From the human T2T-CHM13v2.0 reference genome, Homo sapiens: DNA of 64,000 nt. This document shows positions 40,457 through 55,600 of this stretch, piece by piece (position 1 is the first letter of the stretch; every line of letters begins with the position of its first letter). Below the pieces are notes generated by a model that was not told the DNA's origin, made no database searches, and worked only from the letters and a program-made list of their open reading frames with translations. Location: assembly GCF_009914755.1 (NCBI RefSeq), contig NC_060927.1; one strand, 5' to 3'. A program made the position numbers and the translations under genes.

Positions 40457-40860
40457 TAATATGGTTTGGCTCTGTGTCCCCACACAGATCTCATGTTCAG
40501 TTGTAATTCCCAATGTTGAAGGTGGGCCCTGGTGGAAAATGATGGGATCATAGGGGTAGATCCTTTTTGAATGGTTTAGCATCATTCCTTTGATGGTATT
40601 CTTAGGATAGAATTCTCACAAGATCTGGTTGTTTAAGAGTATATGGCACCTCTTCCCTGTTTCTCCTCCTGCTCTGGCCATGGAAGACGTGCCTCCTTCC
40701 CCTTTGCCTTCCACCATGATTGTAAGTTTCCTGAGGCCCCCCAAAAGGAGAAGCCACTATGTTTCCTGTACAGCCTGCACAACTGTGAGCCAATTAAAAC
40801 TCTTTTCTTTATAAATTACACAGTCTTAGGTATTTCTTTATAGCAATGCAAGAATGGATA
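40457..40860 (+). mobile_element. MSTA/THE1D-like MaLR LTR
   Basis: ATATGGTTTGGCTCTGTGTCCCCAC...CCATGATTGTAAGTTTCCTGAGGCC...TTTATAGCAATGCAAGAATGGA; last terminal bases missing. Confidence 0.88.
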
Positions 40861-41117
40861 CTCTGGCATGCCAAATCCCTCACTTTCTTGCGCTCATATT
40901 GTAACTATTGTGAAATCTCCAATAGGAGATCATCTGGAATCATTATCCCCCTACCTTTCAAATGTTGCTAGTATAACTAAAAATTTTTCTGAGTAAACTA
41001 GGAAGTCATCAGCTGATTCTATGTGCCATATTAATGAAATTGTATGATTACACCTTTTTTTTTTTTCAAATTTCCTACTTGAACTTTGTATTTTTCTCTG
41101 AGAATGGCTTCACGTTC

Positions 41118-41522
41118 TTTCTTCTTTTAAAATTATACTTTAAGTTCTGGGATACATGTGCAGAATGTGCAGTTTTGTTACATAGGTATACATACACGTG
41201 CCATGGTGGTTTGTTGCACCCATCAACCCATCACCTATATTAGGTATTTCTCCTAATGCTATCCCTCCTCTAGCTCCCCATCCCTGACAGGCCCTGGTGT
41301 GTGATGTTCCCCTCCCTGTGACCATGTGTTCTCATTGTTCAGCTCCCACTTACGAGTGAGAACATGTGGTGTTTGGTTTTCTGTTATTGTGATAGTTTGC
41401 TGAGAATGATGGTTTCCAGCTTCATCCATGTCCCTGCAAAGGAGATGAACTCATCCTTTTTAATGGCTGCATAGTATTCCATGGTGTGTGCCACATTTTC
41501 TTTACCCAGTTTGTCATTATTG
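41118..41522 (-). mobile_element. 5'-truncated L1PA7/8-like 3' end
   Basis: TTATACTTTAAGTTCTGGGATACATGTGCAG; TSD TGGCTTCAC(G/T)TTC at 41105-41117 and 41523-41535. Confidence 0.92.
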
Positions 41523-41989
41523 TGGCTTCACTTTCCTACAAGGAAAATCTAGGCCACCTGATTTACATTTTCTCTACTGTCTTCTCTCTGCACAATTCTT
41601 GACATTGTTTACATCCTGAAGATTTCAATTTCACTGGATTCTCTTTTTAGTTCATCTTAACTTCTTCATTCTGCTTAAACAGATTTTTAAAACTTTGTTT
41701 TTATCATTTTTGTTTGTTTTAAATTCTAAGTTTAAATTCCCTATTTGTACTTCTATTTAATGGTGGTTTTCTCTTACAAACCATGATGCCCTGGGAAATT
41801 TTTACTATAATTTTTTTTGTTTTTAGTATACTCCGTTTCTCTATTGAGTCCTCTTACCTGCTTAAAAACACCTTCAGATTTTTTCTATCTCAAAACAATA
41901 AGAAATCTATGTATTATTATAGCTTCAGCCTTATTTCACTAATAAAATTGTTCAAAACCATATTCTACATACTCAGCACTAAAAGGGAA

Positions 41990-42320
41990 CAGATTAAGAC
42001 ACATACAACAACATAATCTCAAAATCCTGCTTAAGTGCAAAAAGCCAGACACAAAAGGGTAAGTACGATATTATTTCACTTAAAAGAAATTATAGAAAAG
42101 AAAATCCAATCTGTAATGAAAGAAAGCAGATCAGTGGTTGCCTGGGGCAACAAGTGAGGAGATTAAATTGAGAATGGTCACAGATGACTTTCTGAAATAA
42201 TGTAAATGTCTTGATTGTGGTGGTAGTCCCATGGTGTATATAGGAATCAAAGCTTATAGAAGTGTACACTTAAAATATGTGCGTATTATTGCATGCCATT
42301 TATACCTCCATAAACTTAAG
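41990..42320 (+). mobile_element. L1MC/ME-type 3' end
   Basis: AAAAGCCAGACACAAAAG...AGCAGATCAGTGGTTGCCTGGGG...GTACACTTAAAATATGTGC. Confidence 0.7.
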
Positions 42321-42329
42321 AAAAGTGCC

Positions 42330-43580
42330 CACTCTTCTTATCCATATGACCCTCCAACTACATCATAACCCCCAGAATACCTGGCTTCTACCCACACCAC
42401 TTCACTGAAATTATCCCAGTGAAAGTCACAAATATAGTCCTGGTAGGCTCTACTTTCTTGACATTCTCATCTTTTGAGTTCCAGGGTGGTTTAATTACCC
42501 ACCTACTTATTTGAACATTCCTTCTGTATCTCCTCTCCTAAGTCTTACTCCTGTACTCATATTCTGGTATTAAGAAACAATTTAATGGTTGCATTAAAAA
42601 CCCATTTCCTTGATCATCAATTACCATGATTTATTAAAGTTTTAATCATTCTTTCCTTTGTGATAAGATCAAACTCTCCACTCTTCTATCTCCTAATCTG
42701 CAACCCAGAGTTCTACCTCAAAGTTCAGATACTTGAAAACAAATCTACTCTACTATCTGAAGCCAGCTAAAATCTAAGTTCTCTGGCAATTTTACAGTCA
42801 TTCTAATTAAAAATTTCAAAACAATTTTATCTTCACTATTCACAACAAACCACCACTAGGTAAGTAAATGCATTATTTGGGATTTATATTTTACTTTCCA
42901 TACTCATCATATTCAACTGGACTCAGAGTTTTATTTGTTGCCTTATCAGAAAAGCTCCTTTTCTCCAGACATCCCCTTTCATCTCCTCAATGTATTTTAT
43001 TAGCTGCCATCAGATTGTCTTAAATGCAATGTGGTGATTGCTTCATCCAGCAATTCAATAAACCACAAAGATCACCCTAGTGCTTTTTGAAGACACTTCC
43101 AAATCTAGAGTCTTTGGCAATCTCTTCCTCTGTTGTTTTATTAAATTTTGTCCTCAAATCTAAATCATTCATTTCATCCAGTCTAGAAGAGTCAGCATTC
43201 CCTATTAATGCCCTAGATTTTTTTTTTCGTTCCTGAACTTGTTTCATTCTTCTCTTTGACTGAAAAGCATCCCACCATAATCTTAGCCTATAGATGTCTT
43301 GTGATGACTATCAATGTCTTGACACAGCAGGTGTGTGTCAACTCCTTCTGAATTACATTATTTATGTTTACTTAAGGGATATATTCCCTTTGTGTTTCCA
43401 AGTTATTTCATTTATACAAAATATTTGCTAATTATATATCTCTTTGTATTGTAGTGATTGGAATGTGTTTCCTTTTTTCAGACTTTATTCTCTGTGAATG
43501 GAAATACTATGAAATATATTTCTATAATGGAGTACCAAAATGGGCCTGTACATTGTGAATGCTCAATAAAATATTGCATC
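42330..43580 (+). mobile_element. L2 fragments
   Basis: TGGCTTCTACCCACACCACTTCACTGAAA; 3' end GCTCAATAAAATATTG. Confidence 0.45.
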
Positions 43581-45069
43581 TGAATAGTATTTCATCAACT
43601 ATCCTGCATTATAATTCTATAAGTTCTTAAATAATGTACTTAGAGCTTGATATTTAGCCAGGCAAAATATCTTCAAGTAAACATTTTTATAGTACCAAAT
43701 AAGAAAATTTAAGTTTTTATTTCATTATATATACCAAATCTCAACCACATAAAGAGAAGATTTCAAGTGGAGCCACTAAGGCACGAGTTAAAAATCAAAG
43801 CAATCAATTGTTGGTCAATAATTTCTGATAAGTTTATTAAGGAAAATATGTATGTGTATGTGTGTGTGTGCAGCAAAGAATTTAAATATTTTTTCTATAT
43901 GAATCTGGAATTTTACCCTCAGCCAGACCCAAAATCTGTGCATTTCACATACTTTCAATATCCATGATGTGTCTTCTCAAAAAGAATAATTTGCCTTTAA
44001 AGAGTTTCATTCATTTAAAACAGTAATGAATATTTAAATGTGAAAAACAACTTTAAAAAGAAAGTACCTGTGCATGTGTTTGTAATATTGAAAGAAGGTA
44101 AAGTAAGGCTGATTGCAGGGAGAAAAAGGGAAAGACGACATTTATTTTAACAGGACGAAACACTCAGAGGGCACAAAATGAAAGATCAATAGAACTAAAA
44201 TATTAGAATCTTCAGTGTGTCCAAAATACCCAAAACAATGCCAAAATGACAACTAGAGACAAAATATTCAACTCTTATGCTAAACAGTGTTTTCTAAATG
44301 TTTAAAGAGGCCTTGTAAAATATGACAGTCAAGTAAAAAGGTCAAATGATCTGTGCAGAGAATTTCTTTAAAAAGGAAAAACAAACATAAAAATATGCTC
44401 AAGTATATTTGGAGTCAAAAACTGAAAAACTGAAAATCAAAATACTTTGCAGTTATCCACTTATCAAAGATTAATATGCTTAATAATACTGTGTGCTAAT
44501 AAAGGCAGGAAAAAACAAATTCTCACATAGTCTGGGAGGAGTGCAAATTGGTACTATCTTTTTGAAGGGTAATATAAAAATTTAATTTAAAAAAGTGCCC
44601 AGATTCATGTTCGACAAATAAAAAGTAAAAAGTAAATATTTATTTTTGAATTAAAATTCAAAACTGCACATGCACTTTAACTCATCAGTTCCATTTCTAC
44701 AAATTTCCTATGGAGAGGGGCTCACAAAATGCACAAGATACAGCATAAAGAATCATTGCAACATTGATTGTAACAGCAAGGAATTTGGGGAAAAAAAGGA
44801 ACCTGACACATCTGGAATAATATACAATCAGCACAAATAATAATACAAATTTTTAAATGCAAACAAAGCAATTTTTGCAAAAATCATGTAAGTAATGGTA
44901 TAATCCAGGAAAAAATTTTATGATATATATGTATGTACAGAAACATGTATATTTTATGTATATGTGTATTTACATATGTATACACATATATATCTTGCTT
45001 ATATATAGAAGCATTTCAAGTTATTGATGATAATTATCACTGGAAAGTTGACTAGGAGAACAAGAACAT

Positions 45070-45225
45070 CTTATTTATTTATTAGATGGAGTCTTGCTCT
45101 GTCATCCAGGCTAGAGAAGAGAGGAGTAATCATAGCTCACTGCAGCCTCAAACTCCTGGCTTCAAGTGATCCTCCCATCTAAGCCTCCCAAGTCATCGAG
45201 ATTACAGGCATAAGTTACCACATGC
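45070..45225 (-). mobile_element. Alu monomer (FLAM/AluJ half)
   Basis: ATCATAGCTCACTGCAGCCTCAAACTCCTGGCTTCAAGTGATCCTCCC. Confidence 0.8.
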
Positions 45226-45284
45226 ATGAATTGAAAATTTTTAATTACAGTATTATGCCTGTCTAAATGGTCTGATTTTTAAAT

Positions 45285-47470
<2,186 letters not shown>

Positions 47471-47474
47471 TAGA

Positions 47475-47786
47475 TTTTTTTTTAGACAAGATCTTGCTCT
47501 GTCACCCAGACTGAGGTATAGTGTTGTGAACAGGGCTCACTGCAGCCTTGAACTCCTAGGTGCAAATGACTCTTCTGCCTCAGCCTCTGGAGTAGCTGGG
47601 ATTACAGGCATGCACCACTATGCAGTTATTTTTTCTTTTGCAGAGACAGGGTCTTGCCATGTTGTACAGGCTGATCACAAACTCGTAGGCTCAAGTCACT
47701 CTCCTGTCTCGGCGGCCTTAAGTGATCCTCCTGCCTCAGCCTCCCCAAATACTGGGATCATAGGCTTTAGACAACACGCCCAGACT
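47475..47786 (-). mobile_element. AluJ with small internal tandem duplication
   Basis: GCTCACTGCAGCCTTGAACTCC; AAGTCACTCTCCTGTCTCGGC followed by AAGTGATCCTCCTGCCTCAGC. Confidence 0.88.
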
Positions 47787-47906
47787 AATTTTAATTTTTT
47801 AAAGTGAACTAGAATTCAATTCCAAAGCCTTAACTCACAAAAACCTAAGACAAAAATATATGATAACACGAAATGGTTTTAAACTAAGTTCTGCTTTTTT
47901 CTAGAA

Positions 47907-48126
47907 CAAGAGTTGGAAAACTATGATTCATTGCCAAATCTTGCCTGCTACCAGTATCTTTAAGTAAAATGAAATTGGAACATAGCCACAATCATTCATT
48001 CAGGTATTGTGCATGGTGCTTTCACGCTAAAATGGTAACATTGTGTAATTACAACAGAGACTCTATGGCCCACAACATTTAAAATATTTACTATCTATTC
48101 CTTTGTAGAAAATTTGCTAACCCTTG
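47907..48126. mobile_element. MER58A-like hAT-Charlie MITE
   Basis: Termini CAAGAGTTGGAAAACT...TTTGCTAACCCTTG; TAAAATATTTACTATCT. Confidence 0.75.
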
Positions 48127-48626
48127 TTTTAAAGTGTCCTAAGCCAAAATCCGAAATAGTGAGGGGAAAATTCAAGTTTAAAACTTTACCAGAATTCCTC
48201 TTTTATAATAGAGATATCTTTTGCTGATAACACATACTACCACATATACAAAATACATATTATCATATTTTAAGTCTTTAAATGATTTATTAAAATAGTT
48301 GCTGGCAGACTATTCCTGTATTTTATTTAGGTTTTACCCTTTGATTTCATCTTCAGGAAAATATCTAATCTTATGTTATATTTATTTTTCAAATTACATT
48401 TTAAAAATATCCTCCAATAAACAGTGTGCTAGCCAATATCTAGATTAAGTGCAAATTCAAGTATGAATTAATTTATTGAAAAGAAATTTAGGGACTGTTC
48501 TCCAGAGAGTTACAATCAGTTGATGAAAAAGAAATGAGTTTTTCATATAATGCAGAATAAGTGACATGTCTTCATAGAAATTCTCAAGCACATAGAACGT
48601 CAGAATTCTGGCTTTAAATGATTTCA

Positions 48627-48937
48627 GCCTGGGCATGGTTGCCCACGCCTATAATCACAGCACTTTGGGAGACCAAGACAGGTGGATCACTCGAGTCTAG
48701 GAGTTCAAAATCAGTCTGGGCAACATGGCAAAACCCAGTCTCTACAAAAAAAAAAATACAAAATATTACCCAGGTATGGTGGCACATGCCTGTAGTCTCA
48801 GCTACTCAGGAGGCTGAGGTGGGAGGATCACCTGAGCCCAGGAGGTCAAGGCTGCAGTGAGCCATCATCATATCACTGCACTCCAGCCTAGGTGACAAAG
48901 CGAGACCCTGTCTCCAAAAAAAAAAAAAAAAAAAAAA
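48627..48937 (+). mobile_element. AluJ
   Basis: GAGGTGGGAGGATCACCTGAGCCCAGGAGGTCAAGGCTGCAG, poly(A), TSD core GATTTCAG. Confidence 0.95.
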
Positions 48938-50701
48938 GAAGATTTCAGACACCTGGCTCCACCAAAAAGTCATCATCATTAGAAATTTTCTGGCTTGCAA
49001 TGCAGTTTCTACCTGCTGTGCTTTTACTTTAAAAATCCAACACCTTATTAGAGACACGGAAAGAACACACATAACCCACAAACTAACTACAAGTCAGAAA
49101 CCTGACCAGGTATCTCCCTCTCACTATCTTCTTCCTGCCCTTTTGTTAATTATTTTCTCATCAGCTGTTCTGACCAGTTCCAGCCTACATCATGTTTAGT
49201 TGTAAACCTGGATCACCCACCTTTACTTAGCTCCTTTCTAATTGGATGTGGACTATTGAACTCCTTTCAGATCTGTGCTTCCCCACAGCATTACCTTGAG
49301 CCCTGCTTCATGGACTGCACAATGTGACCTTCCAGGGTAAGAAAGATGCCAGGGCCACCTCTAGTCTTTGAGGTTGCAGCAATTGACCCACAATTGCTGC
49401 CCTCTTGATCCTCTTGCTTCCTCACATCCTTGTCAGGCAAAGGATGTTAGACAAATAACACGTCAAACATTGTGTAATTGTAATTGTACTTGTATATGTC
49501 TCCAGACTATGCACCTGTAGAATAAGGCTTCAATAAACAGCTAGCACATGTGTAATATCTCCCCCTAAGCCTTCCTTGGCCCTCCTTACCTACATAGATC
49601 TAATCACTCTCTTGTCTGTACTACCTTCATATTAAGTACATGCTTCTTTTGATGCATATCAAAGTGGAAGTATTAATAATTTGTTTGCTTCTACATCTCT
49701 GGCTTCTATCAGACTATGAATGCCTTCCACAATCCCATGCACAGTTTAAGTGTTATGTGAATGTTCATTCAATTGAGTAAATTTTTGCCTTGTTAATACC
49801 CAATGAAGAGCTCCAAAGTAGCAGATATTCAGTATGTTTGATCGATAACTAAATCAATAAATTATCCTTATTGTATTCTAAGAAACCTTAACTAGCCCAA
49901 CTGTACTGAAACATTTTTCTCCTTTCCCCAAAATAAGTGCCAAATGATGTCTTCTGAAAAACCAAGCACAACACTGAAAGAAAGCTGAGTATGGTGAGGA
50001 AGGTGGCAAGACTTTGGTCTTCACAAATAAAACCAACCTATAGAGGACAGTGTTCCCTTGCACTCATCCTCCCTGACTCCTTATTGCCTACTTCCTTGTC
50101 AATTCTATATTGGTTTTGATCTTTGCCTATTCTATGTTCTCAGTCTCTCTGTTCACCTTTACCTGTATTTGTTTCTCGTCTGAATCACTAGGTGCTGGCC
50201 TTGCTTCATCCACTGACTCAGTTTCCAAATCGTGGACAAGATTGATTTTGTGTATTCTGTATAGACACTTGTAGACATTTGAGTTTTGCCTACTTCAGGC
50301 TTTGGATTTATTATTTCTAAGCCAATAGCCCTCTGGCCCTTAACAAATTAATTAGGCTTTTTTACTCAGGGTAGAATTTTCTTGAACATCCATTTTCTTT
50401 CTTTTTTTCTTTTCCTGGAGAGGAGGCAAGAATGCTTGAATGCTTCCATATTGTTTTAACTTAGTTTAGACTGAGGTGAGAAATACCTAAAAAAAACCTT
50501 TTTTTTCTTTAGAAAATAATAGTGATGAATACACATTCTACAAGGCAATATCCATCATTTGAAATTCCAGGAATTTCAAGAGTACAGATAACTCTTGAAT
50601 ATTCTGAATATAGTACTTATTTTCACATTTCAACATAGTACTATTTATTGTAAAGGAGCTTCTGTAAACAGAAGGGACAACTACTTTAAATATCCACTCC
50701 C

Positions 50702-50976
50702 ATTCGCAAGAACAAAAAACCAAAGACCGCATATTCTCACTCATAGGTGGGAATTGAACAATGAGATCGCATGGACACAGGAAGGGGAACATCACACTCT
50801 GGGGACTGTTGTGGGGTGGGGGAAGGGGGGAGGGATAGCACTGGGAGATATACCTAATGCTAGATGACGAGTTAGTGGGTGCAGCGCACCAGCGTGGCAC
50901 CTGTATACATATGTAACTAACCTGCACAATGTGCACATGTACCCTAAAACTTAAAGTATAATAATAAAAGAAAAAA
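50702..50976 (+). mobile_element. 5'-truncated young L1 (L1PA2-like) 3'UTR
   Basis: GGAGATATACCTAATGCTAGATGACGAGTTAG (GAG, not Ta-type ACA); perfect 14-bp TSD AAATATCCACTCCC at 50688-50701 and 50977-50990. Confidence 0.95.
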
Positions 50977-51089
50977 AAATATCCACTCCCTAAGAAGGTG
51001 ATTACTGTTTGTGGCTTGTACTAGCAGGAAGTTTAAATTTAAGATGGAAACCATAACAATTTATTCTGCATTGAAGAGAGTGCTTCTCA

Positions 51090-51600
51090 CTTATCAAAAC
51101 ACAGCTAGAGAACCTGGCAAACATCACCTTAACCAAACGATCAAGGTTAACATCACCAGTAATAAGTTTTATGGATATCACGTAAACCCTGAAATGAAGC
51201 CATGAAAAGGCCACTTGGTATTTTTCCCCGAAATCAATAATTCCAATCTAATTATGAGAAAAAAAAACTCAAAACAACGGATAGTTTACAAAACACCTAA
51301 CCAGTACTCTTAAAATCAGCCAAGGTTATAACGAAGGAAATATTGAGGAAAGATTGTTGTAGACTGGGAGAGACTAATGTGACATCGCAACTAAACACAG
51401 CATGGTATTCTAAACTGCATCCTGGAACATTAACAAAAATATCAGGAGAAAACAATCACTAAAATATGAATAAAGACCATAGTTAATGGATTATACCAAT
51501 TTTAATATTTTAGTTTTGAAAAATCTATCATAATTATGTAAGATGTTCACATAAGGCAAGCTGGGTGAGAGGTTTACAGAAACTAATGTTTCTGTTAGAT
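51090..51600 (+). mobile_element. L1MC/MD-type 3'UTR
   Basis: ACCTGGCAAACATCACCTTAACCAAACGATCAAGGTTAACATCACCAGTAAT. Confidence 0.7.
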
Positions 51601-51659
51601 TTATAGAAGAGGGGTATACAGAAACTAATGTTCTGTTAGATTTATAGAAGAGCAAAAAG

Positions 51660-52110
51660 TATACAAATCTTAGGAGAAAAGCTACATGTAAATGTTAATG
51701 ACCTCGAATTAGGCATTAGTTTCTTAGATATAACCCCAAAAGCAAAAGCAACAAAATAACACAGTAGATAAATTGGACTACATAAAAATTAAAACTTCTG
51801 TGCATTAAATAGCACTATCAAAGGAAAACTACAGAATGGGAGAAAATATTTGCAAATCATATATGTGGTAAGGGTCTAGTATCTAGAATATAAAAATAAC
51901 ACTTGCAACCCAATAATAAAAAAACAAACAGCCCAATTTAAAAAAATGGGCAAGTGAAAGGAATACTTCTCCAAGACATATATAAACAGCCAATAAGCAC
52001 ATGAAAAGATGTTCAAATCCTTGGCCATTAGGTAAATGGAAGTCAGTACTATATCAAAATATTACTTTATACCACAGAGAATGGCTACAATCAAAAAGAA
52101 TTTTTGAAAT
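51660..52110 (+). mobile_element. L1M ORF2 3' fragment
   Basis: TTTCTTAGATATAACCCCAAAAGCA, GAATGGGAGAAAATATTTGCAAATCAT, GCCAATAAGCACATGAAAAGATG. Confidence 0.8.
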
Positions 52111-52149
52111 AGTTAGATTTACAGCTGAATACTTTGAAGGGGAAACAGT

Positions 52150-52650
52150 GAGTTGACAAGAATTGGATTTGAACATTTTGATATCAGGCTGAACAAAATG
52201 TAATTATACCCTATAGCAACGAGAAGCTACTAAAGATTTCTGAGCAAGGGAATAAGATGCTAAATACTGTGTTTTGAAAGTGGGGTACATTTAGAAAACA
52301 GGGAGAGAAATTAGCCTGCTATTATGACAATGGAAATGCCATGAATCAGGACCAGGTGGAGGCAATGAAAATGAAAATCAAAAGATGTTAGAACACTTCA
52401 AAGGCAAGAACAGCCAAGCTCTGTGGCTACCTGTATTGTTTGAAAGAAAGGAGGGTAGGCAGCTCTCAGATATTGAGCCTGGAAAAATGGTACCGTTATC
52501 AAGATTGGGCAAATAGGGTGGAAAGTTGGTTTGGAGGTGAGAGGAGATGGTCAGTACTCCAGATATGTCAAGGGTGGAGCTCAGCACTCCATCCAAAGTG
52601 GTATTCAATTGACAGCTGGAAATATGGCCCTTAAGCTCAGGATACAGGAA
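52150..52650 (-). mobile_element. L2 fragment
   Basis: TATACCCTATAGCAACGAGAAGCTACTAAAGATTTCTGAGCAAGG. Confidence 0.5.
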
Positions 52651-55600
52651 AGAGCACCTTTGAAATTTACCCATTATATATTTCTATTATATATATTTCA
52701 TAAGTGACTAGAAATTTATGGTCTATGACAACAGTCAACCTTTCAATTTAGTAATCTCTTCATTGGCTTAGCACTTCTCTCACCAGAACAAAGTTACTGA
52801 AAAACCGCTCAAGACTTTTTATATTTCCCCTTGAAGCCAATGAACCTCTACAAAATCTACAGTTTCAAAAAGTGTTAGTACTCTGTGCAAGAACCTTCTT
52901 AAGGGGATTTAAAAAAAGCCATTATTAAACTTTTTCTCTAGGGTTTGCAATACCTGCAGTTTGCCACAATATGTTGTTTTGTTATAACAGCCTTGGACTT
53001 GTGATTTATCTTGAAATTGTGTTACTCTTTGGAGAGTTTTAAGATAAACTCTCTCGCTCTTACTTAGCTTTGAAGCAAAGTGATACCAGACAACCGAATG
53101 TAAAAAAAAAAAAAAAAAAAAAAAAATGAAAACATAAAACGCAGAAAAGTAAAATAAATATCAAGTATATTCTTATCATCAATACAAGAAATACAATTTC
53201 TGTTTTATCTTTTGTTACTTAAATAATATTCCAATCAGAATGAAACCCTTACTACTTTGAATTGGTATGATCAAATCCAAAATGAGATGCTTAGAATGAT
53301 TAATATTTAATGTCCCTTTCAAGTACATCAGCTCTCAAAGTAAAATTGTTAAGTTTGAAATAGTATGGGTTTCAAAAGTGTGTTTAATATCCCTTAAATA
53401 CAAATGACTTCATGGTCTGCAACTCTATGCTGAATTTACTATTTCAGAAAACTTCCAAATGCAGGTATTTAACGCCTCAGGTATATTAAAAAGTATCAGC
53501 GAGTTCTAAAATCATTGTAGGCACATTTATTATTTTGGGGGAATTTTTTTCCTTGATTTTTTTTTTCTCATCTGCTATACAACTTGGGCTGGCATGTACC
53601 CAGTCAAATAAACAGAACATCACTGCGTCTCCTCAGGTCTCAATGCCAGCTGTGATTTCTACAATTTGTGCTAGAGGAGCTGTGGCCTTGGCATAGCCTG
53701 GTTCCAAATGGCCTACCTTATTCCTTTTGTCTGCTCTTGCATCAGAATTGCCAGAGAAAGTAGAAAAATGACCTCCAAGTGAATAGACGATCTATGCTGT
53801 ATAAGTCTTCATTCAATGGCAGACTAGAAATACCATATATTGCCTTCAAGGAAACTGAGGTTCCAAAGTTTGGGGATAAAGTCTGAACAATAAATAGATT
53901 GTTAATTCCAGCAACATTATTATTTTCTTTGCTTTCAGATTGCCCAATATAAATTTTTCAGCTACAAAGATGTCACAGTAAAAAGAGAGATGAGACTACC
54001 ACATTGATTTATTTCACCACCATTCTGACCTCAGCATTCCTACCATATGACAGAAGTGTCCTGGGGCTAGTCCAGCTGTGGTTCCTGCTTTCCAAGGAAA
54101 GCATGCTGCTACTTACACTGCAGCAAATTCCACATAAACCAGTGTATTTCAAAATATTTAGAGGTAGTGTCATGGACTCAGCTATTATGACTTCTCAAAG
54201 ACAGGATAAGCCAAAAAAAAAAAAAAAATACAAACCCAGAAAAATTAAAGTAGGGAGCGCATTTCCTATTCCTATTTGATTCTCCTTAATTGGTATTTTA
54301 AAGTTGCTTGATTAAAGCATTTTAATTTTAAAATGGAAAATGTGTTTCAGATTTGACAGCTTGCCACAACAGACAATAGACGGGTGTGTGCTGCTGCACA
54401 ACTATGAAGGATTCAAGTGAAAACTGTGAAGAGGAAAGTGGTTCAGCAAATTGCTCTTTTTCTCTTTCCTTTTTTTGGGGGGTGGTGGGGAGGGGGGGCT
54501 ATGTGGAAAATATTTAGTCCCACCTGTCTTATCAGGCAAGATGATAAACTTCCTGGGACAGATTGGAAAGAATTGTGATTGGATTTGACATGAAGAACCT
54601 CTCTAATCAAGTAATAATCACTCTGAATCATTTCCAGGAAAATCTGCAAAGTGGTTTAGATTAAGTGTCATGGCTTAATCTGAGCTCCTTATGAAAAGAG
54701 CTCAGTCCCAACCAATCTCAGTGACAGTGCCACGAAGCCAGCCTACTACCACTTTTGCTTTCTAGACACACAACATTTGGCCAGGAAACTTGAACATCAT
54801 AACAGATGCTTGGATCAGGTTTATGAAACCACAGATCATGAGAAAATGATTTAAATGCAAACTTTTATTCAAGCATTTGAATACAACTATTTTAATACTT
54901 CACACAAGAAACATACTTTTCTTTTCAAACATAACTGTCTTTCTCCAGAATATCTCTTAAGTAGATCTATACCTTTCTATAACTAATAGCAAAATTATTT
55001 TTCAGTTCTTAAATTTATGTTAGAAGGATGGCACGCAAATTTTTTGGTTGACCTCTGTCTACTCTGAAGCATGTTCCCTACCACAGCCCAAATAATTTCC
55101 CTAATGTGTTATGAATACCTTACTCAACATCAGCAAATATGAATTGAGTGACTATTTGTAGACGGCCCTCAAAAAAGAAACAGGAACACTTTTGCAAAGA
55201 AAAACCAATCTATAAGTGAGAACCATACTCATAAGCCTTCTGATGCACTTCAAAGATATATTTTCTCTTGCTTCAAAGCCTAGACCTGACTTTGCTATAA
55301 AACTAACTGAAATGTTAACTTTATAAAATTTGATGTTAGTATCTCAATGGCTTGACATGTACACTAAATCAAACAAAAAGAAAGCCTTAAGTGTCTGTTT
55401 TTCTAATCTATGATCAAAGGAGGGATAGATTATTGCATTTTTTATTCTTATTATGAAGGTAGAAAAGATGGAAACCCAAATGACTTTCAGAGAAGTTATT
55501 TAATTCTGTCTTACATGTTCCCACTCTTAAGCCTTTTTTACTTTTCCCTAATAACGGCTCTCCTTCCCTAGAAATTCTGATTCTAATTACCAAGTTTAAT

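Noticed and set aside
53101-53126. Isolated poly(A) as a retrocopy tail
   Set aside because: No TSD or recognisable upstream transcript; treated as a mononucleotide microsatellite.
54476-54500. G-rich run as a G-quadruplex
   Set aside because: The G tracts are irregular and there is no supporting context.
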